Part shown: one piece after another, positions 1 to 12,364 of the stretch
Layout of the letters: each line of letters begins with the position of its first letter
Numbering within the stretch: the stretch's first letter is position 1
Source of the DNA: Amphiscolops sp. MND2022
Lineage: Eukaryota
Reading direction: 5' to 3'
DNA: 64,000 nt
Assembly (NCBI GenBank): GCA_964187785.1
Contig: OZ076413.1
Span: 45,758,001-45,822,000 of the forward strand
Made by a program: the position numbers and the translations under genes
The notes under the pieces: generated by a model
Database searches by the model: none
Seen by the model: the letters and a program-made list of their open reading frames with translations, nothing else
Told to the model about the DNA's origin: nothing

Positions 1-330
1 AGTGGGTGCTTTAAAAGTAGTGTGTCATATGTGGTATAATTTCAAGCAAAAAAGCAACGAGCATCATTTTTTGCATGACCTTGAAAAAGTCTCGATAGTG
101 TAGTTTCTTGTGCTTCTGTACTATGCAAAAACGATTCATTCGCCGTCATTCGCACTAACAACAAAGCTATCACATCTTGAATGCTTTGCTCTGACCTAAA
201 ACCAAAAATTGTAGTTGGTTGCGGGAATAGCTGCATAATCCCGTAAACGAAGACCTTCACATTCCAAGTAAAACGGCACGTCTAACAAAGAAACCGAGAA
301 TGGTAATGGCGACTCGTAACAGAAGGTCGT
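1..330 (-). pseudogene. Degenerate non-LTR (LINE) reverse transcriptase fragment
   Basis: Minus-strand translation gives ..AITILGF.. followed by FGFRSEQS..DVIALL.. and a DFSK-like segment. This is the order of the RPISLL / QFGFR / DxxKAFD motifs of LINE RTs, but it is frameshifted. Confidence 0.4.
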
Positions 331-545
331 GAATAAAATATTGTTTCTCTCGAAGTCGAATCAAAGTTTTGAGAAGTTCATCACGTGGCATTTGGAAGAG
401 TTTTGGAATTTTTCCAACATTTTCATGCAATATCTCAAACCAGGTGCTTTGAAAAAACTTTCTGCCTGGGTCATTTTTGTAGTCTTGAGACCGTACTTTA
501 ACTTTACATCTAACACTTTTTCTGAAAATGGTTTCTTGAAAAGTG

Positions 546-718
546 TTTAGGTTTCTTAGAAAGTCCCTAATTATTTTGCCTAAACGTAAACGAAAATCGC
601 AGTTGTGACAAAGTTTGAATGAAGTAGCTGTATTATTCAGATCAAACACAATAACTAATCAAGCTGAACAAGATTACATAATAACGTAATACTAAGCTTG
701 CATAAGAAGAAGTCAACA
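546..718 (-). repeat. 3' LTR of CsRN1-like Gypsy
   Basis: Ungapped match to 5077-5249 with 6 substitutions in 173 bp. Begins TGTTGAC on the minus strand directly after the PPT. Confidence 0.95.
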
Positions 719-735
719 CGGCTTCCTTCCTCCAA
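719..735 (-). promoter_or_regulatory. Polypurine tract
   Basis: Minus strand reads TTGGAGGAAGGAAGCCG immediately before the 3' LTR. Confidence 0.8.
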
Positions 736-856
736 GACGGAGTCCACATGTAAGGCTGTGTGATCATCAGTTTACACTAGCTTACAACTGCGATTTTTAT
801 AGGTACAAAGAAATTTTAACAAAAAAAGTTTTTAAAAGAATGAAAGTTCAAAATGT

Positions 857-3800
857 TTAAGGTTTTTTGTGTCGTTGGCATCTGGTGTCATTCGCTTCTG
901 CATCTGCGGGTTCCACAATCGTTACTCTTTTAGCTGTCGAAGTTCTGCAGCTTGGACAAAACCATGTTGTTAGTGGATGTTTTCTGAGTGATACACAATC
1001 ATAATGATACCATGCAATTTTGCAGTTGTTGTTGCAACATTTGATCAATTCCCTGTTGTGCAGTTGTTGGCAATAGCAATAAACTTCGGTGGGTACTGTG
1101 GATGACTGTAGGTGATGATGTTTTTTTCTTTTCGCGATCAAATGATAATGTGCATGGTTTGAGGCGTTGAATGCTGACGATGATATGGTCGTTGTTTTTC
1201 TTGATTGTTGCTGTAGTATTAGTCTCTGTTGATTTTGATGAGTTCGTGAGGTCCAGTGTAGGGTGCTTCCAAAGGTTGCTTTACTCGGTCGACGCGCAAC
1301 CACACAAATTTGCAGTTGTCGAGTGCATCTGGGATGAAGGTCTTTCGTGTTGAACGTTGTCTGATATCTTTTGTGAAAGCTAGCTGTTCGAGGTTGTCCT
1401 GAAGGTTTTTGATGAAGGCGAGAGTGATGGGTGCTGACTTTTCTGCAACTGTTGTCGGGTAAAGTATATCTGGTCCTGTTGTGGCTGCTAACGGTGAAAT
1501 GATATTGAAATCCGGTTTTGACCTCAATCCGAATAGAACTACGGGTAGTGCTGCTATCCAGTCGGTCTTTGCTGACATTAAAGCTGCTTTGAGGGTTCGA
1601 TGGAACCGTTCAACTTTTCCATTGCTCTGTGGATGATAAGAAGTTGTACGGAGTCTGCCAAATCCTAGAGTTTGGGAAAGTTGTGCCAATATTTGACTTT
1701 CAAATTGGGTTCCACGGTCAGTCGTGATGTACAATGGTACTCCGAAGCGAATAAACCAGGATGTGAGAAAAGCGTGGCAAACGTCTTCGGCTGTGATGGA
1801 ATGTACTGGGTGGGCTCCAATCCAATTGGTGCTGCGGTCGATGAAGGTAGCAAGGTATCGGAATGGCTAATTGTTGATTGCAGGTTGTGGTCCTACGATA
1901 TCCATGCGAACGTGGGTAAAAGTTGGCGTGTTGGAGGATGTATATGGCTAGTGATTTTTATCTGTTGGCAATTGAGGCAGTTGTGGCACCAGTATTTGAT
2001 GGTGCGTTGAGCATTGGGCCACGTGAAGCGGGCGAGGATCATACGTGACAGTGATTTCCAGTTGCTGTGGCAAAGGTTGTGGAATTGGATGAAGATTGGA
2101 TAACGGCATTGTTCGAGCAGAATAGGGCGCTTTTATCACAAGTGAGAGTTGTGGTTCCGATGTTGATCATCTGTGTTCCATGTTGGTATTGTTCTGACAT
2201 CTGTTGTTGAAATGAAGTGTCTTGAAGGCTGGAAATTCTAGGTAGATCATAGGTGTCGATGGAAACTGCTGATGTTGATGCTACGGTTAATGATGTGTCG
2301 TCGGTTGGTGGTCGAGAAAGGCAGTCGGCTAAAACATTTGTTGATCCTGAGACATGTTGAATTTCGTCGATGTATTCTGCTAGTAGAGAAAATTGTCTTT
2401 AGTGTTGCTGCGAAGATAGCGAGGAGTTCCTTATCAAATGTGCTGTAATTTCTTTCGGCGGCAGTGAGTCGGCGATAGAAAAATGCAATAGACGGCTGCT
2501 GTTGTCTGTTATCTCGTGTAAGGCGGCTCCCATGGCTGAATCAGAAGCATCTGTATTAACAGAGAGTGTTGAGTTTTCTGTGAGGTGATGAAGAAGTGTT
2601 GCATTAGCGAGTGCGGTCTTCAAAGTAGAGAAGGCTTTGCGGTCTTGCACCCCGATCTTCTAACATGATGAAAGGTGTTGGTGCTGATTGTTGTTGGCAA
2701 TTCTTCCTGCGGCAGGATTGTTTCGGCTGGGTTGCGTTGAGAAGTTGTTGTAGTGGTTCAACTATATGTGCGTAGTGTGGGATATGTTGTCGATAAAATA
2801 AGAACATTCCCATATAATGTCGAAGTTCTTTGTAATCTGTTGGTTCTGGTAGTTCTGCGAGCGTCTTTATCCTTGCTGTCTGTGGTTTGATTCATCCCGA
2901 TGTTTTGGTGTATCCTAAAAAGTCGATTTGGTGTTGTATCCATTGGCATTTTTTGAAGTTAATGCGTAGTCCAAAATTCTCGAGGCGGGTGAAGAGTTCT
3001 GTTAGTGCGTTGATGTGATCAACCAAATTGTTGCTGGCGACGAGTATATCATCGGCGTAGGCGAATACATCTGGCAATCCGTTGGTGACTTCGTTGATGA
3101 ATCGTTGGAAAGTTTTACCGGCGTTCTTGAGTCCGAAAGGCATGCGAAGAAACTCGAAGAGTCAGAAAGGAGTCGTGATGGCTGTCTTCTCAATGTCGTC
3201 GGGGTGCATGGGAAATTGGTGATAAGCGTTGACTAGGTCTAGTTTGCTGAAAAAATGTTTGTCGTGAAGTGCGAACGATGAAAGCTGTGGCAGTGGGTAC
3301 GAATCGCGAACGGTGATTTGGTTGAGGGCGCGGTAGTCTCCACACGGTCTCCAGTCTCCGGGGTCTTTTTTCGGTACCATATGCAGAGGTTATGCGTATG
3401 GGCTTTTCGATGGTCGGATGATTCCTAAGCGTTGCATTTCGTCGAAAGAAGATTTTGCGATAGATAGCTTTTCAGGGCAAAGCTTCCTAGGCGTACAAAA
3501 ATTAGGTTGAGACGAAACGGCGATGCGATGAGTGGTGTTGTGCGTACATGGCGTGTTGAAGTCGGCGTCTCCGAAAATAGATGCGTGCTGTTCCAATATC
3601 TCTCTGAGAGCTGTGTCGGTTATTTGAGACAGGTCCATAGAAACGGCTAGAACAGGGCTGTGACTTGTCGGTGCGGGTGAGTTGTTGCGTGTTGAAGTGA
3701 AGTTTGTAACGTTGTCGGTTACTGTTAAGTTGCGGCAGTTGATATTTATGTCTTTGTCTTTGCGGAAATCCAGTCTTAGAATGTTGTCGTTGAGATGTAG

Positions 3801-4060
3801 AAGGTGAAATTGTAGTTGCGTTGGAGGGAGGGTATGACGATTGTGAGTGTCGTTTTTCCGTGCACTTTGATACGGTCTCCGTTTACTGTTTTGAGATTCG
3901 TTGTTGTCGGCGTGGCGTAATCGGTGTTGACGAGCGTTGATTTGATGATTGATACCATAGATCCAGTGTCGGCGATGAAACTTGTTTTTTGTGAGTCAAT
4001 TCTGGCGGCAAGGCGGATGCATATGGGATCCCCAGTCCTTGCCGCGCACACGAGTGGGGC
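857..4060 (-). pseudogene. pol: pol (protease, RT, RNase H, integrase, C-terminal PHD finger), broken by stops and frameshifts
   Basis: Protease [37 protein letters not shown]; RNase H TDASDSAMGAAL; integrase TDRGTQFES, YHPQSNGKVERFHRTLK; GPY/F-like APYTGPH and VSIQRLKP. Confidence 0.93.
947..1084 (-). other. ING-type PHD finger (C4HC3) at the pol C-terminus
   Basis: VYCYCQQLHNRELIKCCNNNCKIAWYHYDCVSLRKHPLTTWFCPSC matches the ING spacing YCxC..IxCxNxxC..WxHxxCVxL..WxCPxC. Confidence 0.9.
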
Positions 4061-4789
4061 TGTTCGTTTCCCTGTGTGGCGGGTGATTGTGCGCGAGATG
4101 ACGGTTCGATGTGTGTGGGCTTTGGTCCAGGCCACTTACACCAGGGCTTACAACGTTTGGCGGAGTTAGCGAAAAACAAGTAAAAGCGGCAAAATTTCGG
4201 TCGTTGTCCGGGCGAGAATGGCTGAATATTGTTGTCGGCTGTGCTGTTCCTTGGCGTTAGTTGCGGCTGGCGTGTATAGGACGATGACGATGAGTGCTGT
4301 GTGGCGTAAACGAGCGTGTTGTCCTGAAAAGTGTCCTTCGAGTAGCTGTATATGGTGTCGGCTAGTTTGGAGAATTTGTCGGGTGGCAGGTCCAAATGTG
4401 CGGAAAGTGAGGAACGCGTTGAGATTGGCATGGCTTGCATAAGGCGATGTTTGATTACATCGTTGTCCATTGTCAGATGACATTCTGAAAGCTTGCGCTG
4501 GATGCGAAAGAGGCAAACTGAGGGCTTTTGTCCATCCTGTGAAATCGTTCCTAAAGTTTCTTCAATCAGTTCTGTTTTTGACTTCTGGTAGACTTTTGGT
4601 GGTGTCGTTGGTAATTCCAGCCAAGACAAACTGGGATTCCATTTGTCGAAACCAAACAGTTGGGTTTGTGCGGTAGAATGGAGGTGGCTTCATGGTGACT
4701 CTGTTGACAGGTGCGTGCTGTGGTTCTGGGTGAGATGATGTTGAAGTTGAAGTGTTGTCTCCGGATCCAATTTCGATGGTGTTCTGCAT
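4060..4789 (-). pseudogene. gag: gag of CsRN1-like Gypsy (frameshifted)
   Basis: N-terminal KPPPFYRTNPTVWFRQMESQF and C-terminal CHCC-type motif, split over ORFs 4562-4789 and 3883-4629. Confidence 0.85.
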
Positions 4790-5057
4790 TCTGGTGGTAT
4801 GGATCTTTGGTTATGGATATTGTTTCTGGCAAAAATTCTGGTTTTTTATACAATATTCTGGTAATGATATTCGGGTTTCGTTACTGTCTCGTTTTCTTCT
4901 TGTTGCTTTACTGTATTTTAATTTTTTTTCAGCTCTCCTTCTTTTTTTCGTTCTTTTTGATACACTTTTTTTACTGGAAGGAGAAAACGAAAGAGGTTTA
5001 CGGGACAAGGATAAAAAAATTGTTGAAAGTTTTTCTTTTTTTAGGGTGGGATCTTGA

Positions 5058-5075
5058 ATCACGTCGGGGTCACCA
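5058..5075 (-). promoter_or_regulatory. Primer binding site, tRNA-Trp
   Basis: Minus strand reads TGGTGACCCCGACGTGAT, the canonical 18-nt tRNA-Trp PBS, 1 nt from the LTR end. Confidence 0.93.
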
Positions 5076-5076
5076 A

Positions 5077-5249
5077 TTTAGGTTTCTTAGAAAGTCCCTA
5101 ACTATTTTGCCTAAACCTAAACGAAAATCGCAGCTGTGACAAAGTTTGAATGAAGTAGCTGTATTATTTAGATCAAACACAATAACTGATCAAGTTGAAC
5201 AAGATTACATAATAACGTAATACTAAGCTTGCATAAGAAGAAGTCAACA
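5077..5249 (-). repeat. 5' LTR of CsRN1-like Gypsy
   Basis: Direct repeat of 546-718 and adjacent to the PBS. Confidence 0.95.
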
Positions 5250-5963
5250 AATGAACAGCCAAAAACCGTAGCAATTCCTTGAAAACAATATAATAGTAAA
5301 ATTTAAAGAGTTTTCACTTTCCGATTATTTTGTCATGTAAAAGCAAAAGTTTTAGATCTCACTCAAGGCACAAATACTATTGCAAGCATTTCTGTTACAA
5401 ACAGCGATTTTTGAAATAATGCATGACATATTTCGGAAAATGTAGAAAGTCGAATTTGTTTTTTTTGTGACTTTTAAGATAGTGTCCCTGTAATTTTGAT
5501 CGAAACTGGAGGAAGCATAGCTCTTGAGGTTTTTTCTGCCTACTGATTTGTGGCTATATAAAACTTTCTTGCGAACTAAAATTTTTCGTCAGTGAAATTG
5601 AGTGTATTGTGCTTTTTAGTTTCCTAATATGTAACGTAAGCAGTGTAACGTCAACCTCGGGTACATCGTAAAACTTGAATTTTACCAAAAACTCGTTCGA
5701 AAACGACGTGAACATATCGAGCATGTTTTATCAAAGTACCTGTCAGCAGAAACTGGAACAACGAAGGGAACCCGCCCCGCAAGACAGCAAGCCAGGTAGA
5801 AGAAAACAGTAGCAGAAAAACGTGCCCAGCTACGGTGTGTGGTCACGAAACGGGAGCTTATCAGTACCAAGTGGAGCGAAAACCCAAGAACATGGTGTCA
5901 GTCTAAAGCTTTCCACTTTGTCCTTTTGGTGTTTGCAGCTAACGCGCTGGCTGTACGATCAAC

Positions 5964-6694
5964 TATAACGGAACCCCCTGGTACAACGAGATTTCAAAAA
6001 ACTCGACTAAAAATTCGTTCAAATCTGACGAGGCAAATTGAGCATGTTTTGGCCAAAGTACCTGTCAAGAACGCAGTTCAGTAGACAAGGCAAGCCGCCC
6101 GCGGAGACGACCGCGCAGGAACACGGAGAACGAAACAGCTTGAGAGCTTAGAGAACTCCAAAAAGACTCGTTCTGAGGTGCTATCGACGATTTTTATCGA
6201 TTTCCGCATTATGCTACCTTGAGTGGCGGAAACCAGTGAAATGAGTCTTTTGGCTTAATTATATTTGTTTAGTGCTTGGAGCCCCAGCTGCCCAGCTTGT
6301 AGTTGTGCGGATTGCCAGTTTGATGTGTGCTGTGATGTATTTTAGCTGGGTTTAGCTGTTTGGACTAGCTCAAGCGCTGGTTTTAGATACTATTCCGATT
6401 TTTAGACTTTAATCCGACGTCACCCTGAAGAAGGAAATTGACACTGTTTATCCTTGGCATTGTTTTAAAAGGCTTTCTAAACAGTGGTTGTGAATAGAAA
6501 AAACACAGTCCCCGTTATTCTCAGCAGCTTCTCACTAGACTCAGGCCGGAGAGCATCCTTCAAGACGGTTCCCCCTGCTCGGGACCGGCAATCCGTAGGA
6601 GATAAGTTTCATGGTGGTTTGTCCCGGACCATCTTCATGATGCCAGTTCCTCCACCCTATTGAGCGTAACAAACGCTCAGCGTTTGCCGTTACA
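5964..6694 (+). repeat. 5' LTR of non-autonomous element
   Basis: T(A)TAACGGAACCC...GCCGTTACA, collinear with 11634-12364. Confidence 0.85.
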
Positions 6695-6709
6695 TAGGAA
6701 CTCATTTTT

Positions 6710-6727
6710 TGGCGACCACAGAAAGAT
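6710..6727 (+). promoter_or_regulatory. PBS, probably tRNA-Arg
   Basis: TGGCGACCACAGAAAGAT, 15 nt after the LTR end; homologous to 50060-50077. Confidence 0.7.
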
Positions 6728-9700
6728 CGTCTTGGAAATCTTTCCTTCATGATTTTAAAATTTCCGGGCCTCAGGTGTTTGACGACAAGAACGATATTGA
6801 CTCTTGCAGGAGATGTTTACAAGAGAATTTTTCTTCCTCTTTAGATGATATGATGTTATTTTTGGTATTTTTCCTGTCTTCCACATGATTTTTCTCGAAT
6901 ACCTGTGATATGTTTTTGTTGACAGATACCGTCTAAAATTGCACGTTCCCATCAACGTTACCATTATAATGGCCTAGCAAAATGCTAGAAAGCCGTTACG
7001 CATGTCGTACCAGGTGTTTTGCAGCTTACTTAGTTCAGTGTTTTTGGTCATGTACGAGGTATTCAGTTGATGGATGCGCCATGCTCCGTCCGATCATTAT
7101 TTGAGCTGAAACGAGTGGCCGCGACTCTCCTCTCCCATTTCTCCTTCAGACGTCAAAGAAAGATGGGATTTGGTGGAACGGTAGAACAAGTGCTGACAAT
7201 GCCGACGGTCTAAACCGTTTCTCGCTGGTTGGTCTGGGTGCTGCTATTAGTTTGGGGCACACTCCATGGTACCAAAAATAGAATTTAAGAGAGTTTGTAA
7301 CGTCATCTTTGTGATAACAGGTCGAAAAACCTTGATTTTTGGCCATATTCAGGAGTGCTAGAAGACATCATTGAAACTTCTAAGACACTCATTGTTTTCG
7401 TGACTTTAAAAGCTAGCGTTCTCATTTTCTGCTTGCGTTGTAAAAACATCACAAGGGAGTGGAAATTGCATGAAAAAAATTCTTTTTCAGTGCAGAGAAA
7501 AGAGAAAAAGCTGAAAAAGACCATCTCTGAGTAAAACCGGACTGTCTGAGTATCATGGTAGGGTCAATGATTCGATAACTTTGCCTTAAAAGTGGTTAGG
7601 TATTCCCACCCACTACTACATATAGAAATTTGAGCCGGAATTTTGGAGAGCCTAACAGTAACACAAGTCGAGAAAAGCTCTCCGACGTTTTGACATCAGA
7701 AAGAGCTAAAAGAGCCGGAAAAAGCCAATACTGTCAGACCGATAGTACCTTATACCTAACGTGCACAGCTAATTAAGGGCCTGTCGCAACGCTGTGGCTA
7801 GTGCGGCAACACATTTGCCTTATAGTGTTTGCCGTAACATTTATAGTAGTGACCGTCAAAGCCAATATGTGAAAAAAAGTTTCAAAAGTCTTTTTTTGCT
7901 AACATAGTGTCTTTACCCAGTCGGAATGCCAGGTAGGGTCTCGAGCTTCTATCAGACCGGTGAACCACCATTGTGGGTGCCCACTGGCAGCGTCTGCCTA
8001 ATACGTTTCGTGCCGATTGGTGCAGTACTTGTTGAGAGTGTTTTGAAAACGTACTGCGCAAAAAGAGGTGCAAAAAAGTCAAAAAAAAGTCAAGGTCACA
8101 GGTTCGGACACCTTAGCTGAAAAGTGAAAAAAAAATGCAGCTTACCAACGTAACTTGTGCTGGTTGGTGTATTTTTAGCGAAAAAACCAACCCGCTAAAT
8201 CATACCAGTGGTTGGAAATTGTACGAGAAGGTTGCAATTTGGCTCCTACTGATACATAGGGGTACCGCACGCCTGTACCGAGGTGAAACAGGGTACCAAA
8301 CGAAGGAGCCCAAATGAATATTCCGTTCTGTCTACTTCCGTGTGTGCAAGGTTGCCGAATCAATTTTGAGCCAGATCTGATTCTTGGGTGACAAATAGGA
8401 GCCACTTGTGTTTTTTTTGTACTTTCCGAGAAAGTTCAAATTTGTTGAAAATGTCTCGTGCTGATCTCAACCTGTGTGTAGCTAAAAACTAAGCTCACTT
8501 TCTAGGCTTAGCTCTGTGGGTTGGTAGCAAATGCTTGAGTGAATTTTAACTCGATACGACCCATAGAAGGTATTTCAACCCATTTGAGACGTGCATATCG
8601 TTATTTTGACTCAAGGTGTCACCGAGACAAAAACTGGAAAACTGGAAAGTGGAGTAAAACCCAGCTTTACTTGTTGGAAACCTGTAGAACTCCCCCAGAG
8701 TGATTTCCTATTCGTGAACACCTTGCTGTGCGTGTGAATTTTGATCAGTAAGGAGTGTACTGACTTGCTGGATCCTAGCATTTTGTTTCCTACTGTTGTG
8801 ATATCCTGTGTATTGTAACGAGGTAACATTTTCTTGGGAATTATCAGCGCACCTTAATGGAAAGTTGGGACTACATAGCTTTCAATTATTGTTATCTGTT
8901 ACATATGTTGCACCGTTGTTTCAAGAGTGAGCTTGCGAACTTAGCCTTATGAACGCTAGTCTTTGACTGCATGTGAAAAACCGTGTCCGTTGATACTTGG
9001 TGATACGGAAATCCTGGACCGTATCTGAAAATCATCCAATTGTCTGAGCCTCAATTACTGCTTACTACAACGAACCTGGCTATACGAGGAATCGCGTGCT
9101 CAATGTTTTTAGGCCCAATCATACGTCTCCAGCCTTTGTAGGAGCCACTCGTGTGTTCTTCGATAGAGCTCGAAATTTCAAAAAATCGGTGAAAAGGTCT
9201 CTAGCTTGTAGCTGGAGGTTTTCATCAACTTCAGGAGGTCTATATCTAACTGAAGCTGAAATGAAACGGCGGGTCTTCGACCGTCTCAGCTCTATCTTCA
9301 AGGTAGTAGAGGTAGCCATTGCAGCACAATCAAGCGATGAACCAGTCTTAAAAGGAGGAAACGAATCCCAAAATTTGGAAGAACATGACCAAAAACATGA
9401 TGAAGTTAGAGGATCTGAAGGTGGAAGACTGGCCGTTGGAGGATAGTTATAATGTTGTCTCCGACTTTCTAGACTCAATGCCAGGTACCTCGCGAGTTAC
9501 CGAGCCAGATTTGATCATAAGGGATTCCAGTTCTAAAGGAGTCCAGGTCACCGAGAAGGTTCTCTCTCCATGGAACCAGTATTCAGACTTATCAGGCCTA
9601 GAACAAAAAGCTAGAGGCCCTAGAGCAGCAGATGGATTAAATATCAAACTTGTTTGCACAAAACGATCTTTGCAGCAAGAAATTGCTAGCTCGAGCGCTA

Positions 9701-11633
9701 GCACAATTGCAGTCGATGAGTGCGGAGGTACACTTCGAAAATGCCTCTATCTATATTCCAAACGACGCCGAAGCAGAACCGATATCACTGCCTACAAAAG
9801 ACACGAGGATAGATAGAATGTTTTTGGACATTACAACCATGGGTATTGCAAATATTTCGCCTGTGTATTGCGCTGTGACAATGGATTGCTCTAAGACAAC
9901 CCCTGCTCAATTGATACGAAAGATGAACTGAAATCAACCTTACCCTCCACTTCATCAATGAAGAGAAAAGGTACCCTTAATTGCAAATTCTTGCTCTGCA
10001 ACATATTTAGGATCAAAAATTTTATCTGCCAATGCTCTGTTGAAAACGGAAGCATCATCAACGCCAATCTCCTTCAAAACCACTCAGCGAGAACTCGAAT
10101 GGATCCGATTTGCAACTCCCACTTCCCTGGAACCAAGTCCATATTATCAACATCGAAGTTGCTGCCGAGTTTGTTGAAAGAATCTATCGAACCATGTTCA
10201 GGATTTTATATTGGTAGTCTCACCAATCTTCATCACGTGGTTGCCTGATGATTCAGCTAAAACTCGACTAGCTGAACATAGACGTGGTCGACCACCGCGC
10301 AATGCTTGTGAACACTCATCGCAAAAAGTGATCCTGTCCCTTTATGATGGACGTCGTCGCGGTCGTTCACCACGCTCAGCCGCGGAAATTTTTCTACTAC
10401 CATGGTCACACGTGACATAGGCGTGGTCGCCCTCCCAACAATTGTCCTAGATCGTGTCCAAGACCCAGTTTATCCTCGTGCATTTTGCATGTCGTGCATT
10501 TTCTTCTGTCTAATTCCTGCTATCCTCATATCAAGAAGGGTGCTCAACGACTAAAGCCCAGGGAGTCTACTACGCCCCGGAGAGCTCCAGTCGAGGATAA
10601 AAACACCCCTAAACTCACAATTCAACTGGACAACGCCCATGATATATCGCTACGTTTGGTAATGGACACTTTGCAACGTCATGTTCTTTTTCAAGCAGTT
10701 GTTTCTGCAACTTCATTTCTCAAATTTTCAGTAGAGGTCATGCCAACGTACGTTGCGACAATTTTGTTTTCAGTCTTTTTCCAGAAGTTTGAAGTAGAAT
10801 TTTTCTACGAAAGCAAAAAGTAACTAAAAAACACTAAAAGTATCGTTTCGCCTTAAAGGTGCATTTTTTGTTTTTGCATATATTTTCCCAACTTTGCCAG
10901 TACTTTCTTCCAGTTTCAACGTGGTACTCGAAACACGTGGAGCTCGCGCGCTCCAGATATCTGAATTGCAGGATTTTGTTTACCTTAGCCTACTTGACTC
11001 CAGTGCTTACTCTTACGAGCAGTTGGTAGTTTGCTTTTGAAGCGCTTCTTAACAGATGCTACTCATCTCTATACAGGTATGGAGCTGCACTTCAGTGCGT
11101 GTTGCCCAGACTAAGCCGAACTGAGAATAAAAAAGTAAAATTAAACAGCTTGTCTTCCTTTTAAACAGTGGTTTTACAGCTGAAAAGAAGTTTTATCGAG
11201 TGCTTCTTTTAACTTTCTGCAAGCTGGGATATCACGGTCGTAGAAAAAAGTTTTTTTGATGAGAACCGCGTGCGCCGTGGAGCTCAAAAACTCCGCAAAT
11301 GGAGTTTTAAACGTCCAAAAAATGCAAACAATGTCCCATTCATTTTTGGTGCAGAAAATTCGTGCTAACAAATCGATGCTCCTAGATTGACGTACGGGAA
11401 ATCTTCATTTGATCAATTCCAAGATGCTTTTTGAGTACGTGTTTATTAACTCGAGAGCTAGATCTGTTTCAACAATTTGTGGACGATGCAGGCTCTCTGG
11501 TTGACAAGAAGCAAGATCTCAAGGTTGCCCACTCAGTGAAAGATGACAGTGCCACTGTACCCTCGCAAAAAACATCAGTTCGAACTCGCAGTGTTGACTC
11601 ACAGGGACGTCATGCCTAAGACCCGGGGAGTGA

Positions 11634-12364
11634 TGTAACGGAACCCACTGGTATACCGAGATTTCGAATAAAAACGACCAAAAAGTCGTTCAAATCTGAT
11701 GTGGCAAATTGAGCTCCTTTTGGCCAAAGTACCTGCCGAAAAAGCAGTTCAGAAGACAAGACAGGCAAGCCACCCGCGGAGACGACCGGACGGGAACACG
11801 GAGAATGCAACAGCTTGAGAGCTTAGAGAACTCTAAAAAGACTCTTTCTGAGGTGCTAATCACGGTGTTTATGAGTCTTTTGGCTTTTTTCGGTTTTTAA
11901 TGAGTCTTTTGGCCTAATTGTCCTTGTTTGGTGCTTGGAGCCACTGCGCCCTAACTTGTAGCTGTGTGGTTGACAATATTCATGCGTGCGTTACTGTATT
12001 TTCATGGTGTTTAGCTGTATAAACTAGCTCGAGCGATAGTTTCAGACACTATTCTGAATTTTAGACCTGATTACGATATCACCCTGAAGAAGGAAATTTA
12101 CACCATTTAGCCTTGGCATTGTCTTTAAAGGCTGTTTAAATGGTTGTTGTGATTAGAAAGAAGCCTAATGCCCGGTATTCCCAGAAGTTACAGACTGGAC
12201 TCAGGCCGGAGAGCATCCTTTAAGACGGTTCCTCCTCCTCGGGACCGGCAATCCTTAGGAAGTAAAATGAGGTGGTGTCAAGGTGGCTCGTGCCGGACCA
12301 TATCATTGATATCAGTTGCTCCACCCTATTGTGGTGTAACAAACGACCAGCGCTTGCCGTTACG
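11634..12364 (+). repeat. 3' LTR of non-autonomous element
   Basis: TGTAACGGAACCC...GCCGTTAC(G), preceded by a purine-rich tract. Confidence 0.85.

Larger units (their letters stand above)
546..5249 (-). mobile_element. Ty3/Gypsy LTR retrotransposon, CsRN1-like clade, decayed
   Basis: Two 173-bp LTRs (546-718, 5077-5249), tRNA-Trp PBS, PPT, and order gag-PR-RT-RH-IN on the minus strand. Gag has a Cx2(H>Y)x9Cx3C motif (CRFYLFFANSAKRCKPWC). Flanks agtg/aatg are a possible 4-bp TSD with 1 mismatch. Confidence 0.92.
5964..12364 (+). mobile_element. Non-autonomous (LARD-like) LTR element related to the 34527-50821 Gypsy
   Basis: Diverged ~730-bp LTRs at 5964-6694 and 11634-12364, PBS at 6710, PPT-like GGGGAGTGA at 11625-11633. 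The leader matches the reverse complement of the big element's leader (e.g. 7321-7377 vs about 48740-48796). No gag or pol motifs recognised. Confidence 0.8.

Noticed and set aside
857..1303. Host ING gene exon
   Set aside because: Lies between integrase and the PPT within the LTR pair; no ING N-terminal domain or splice structure is evident.
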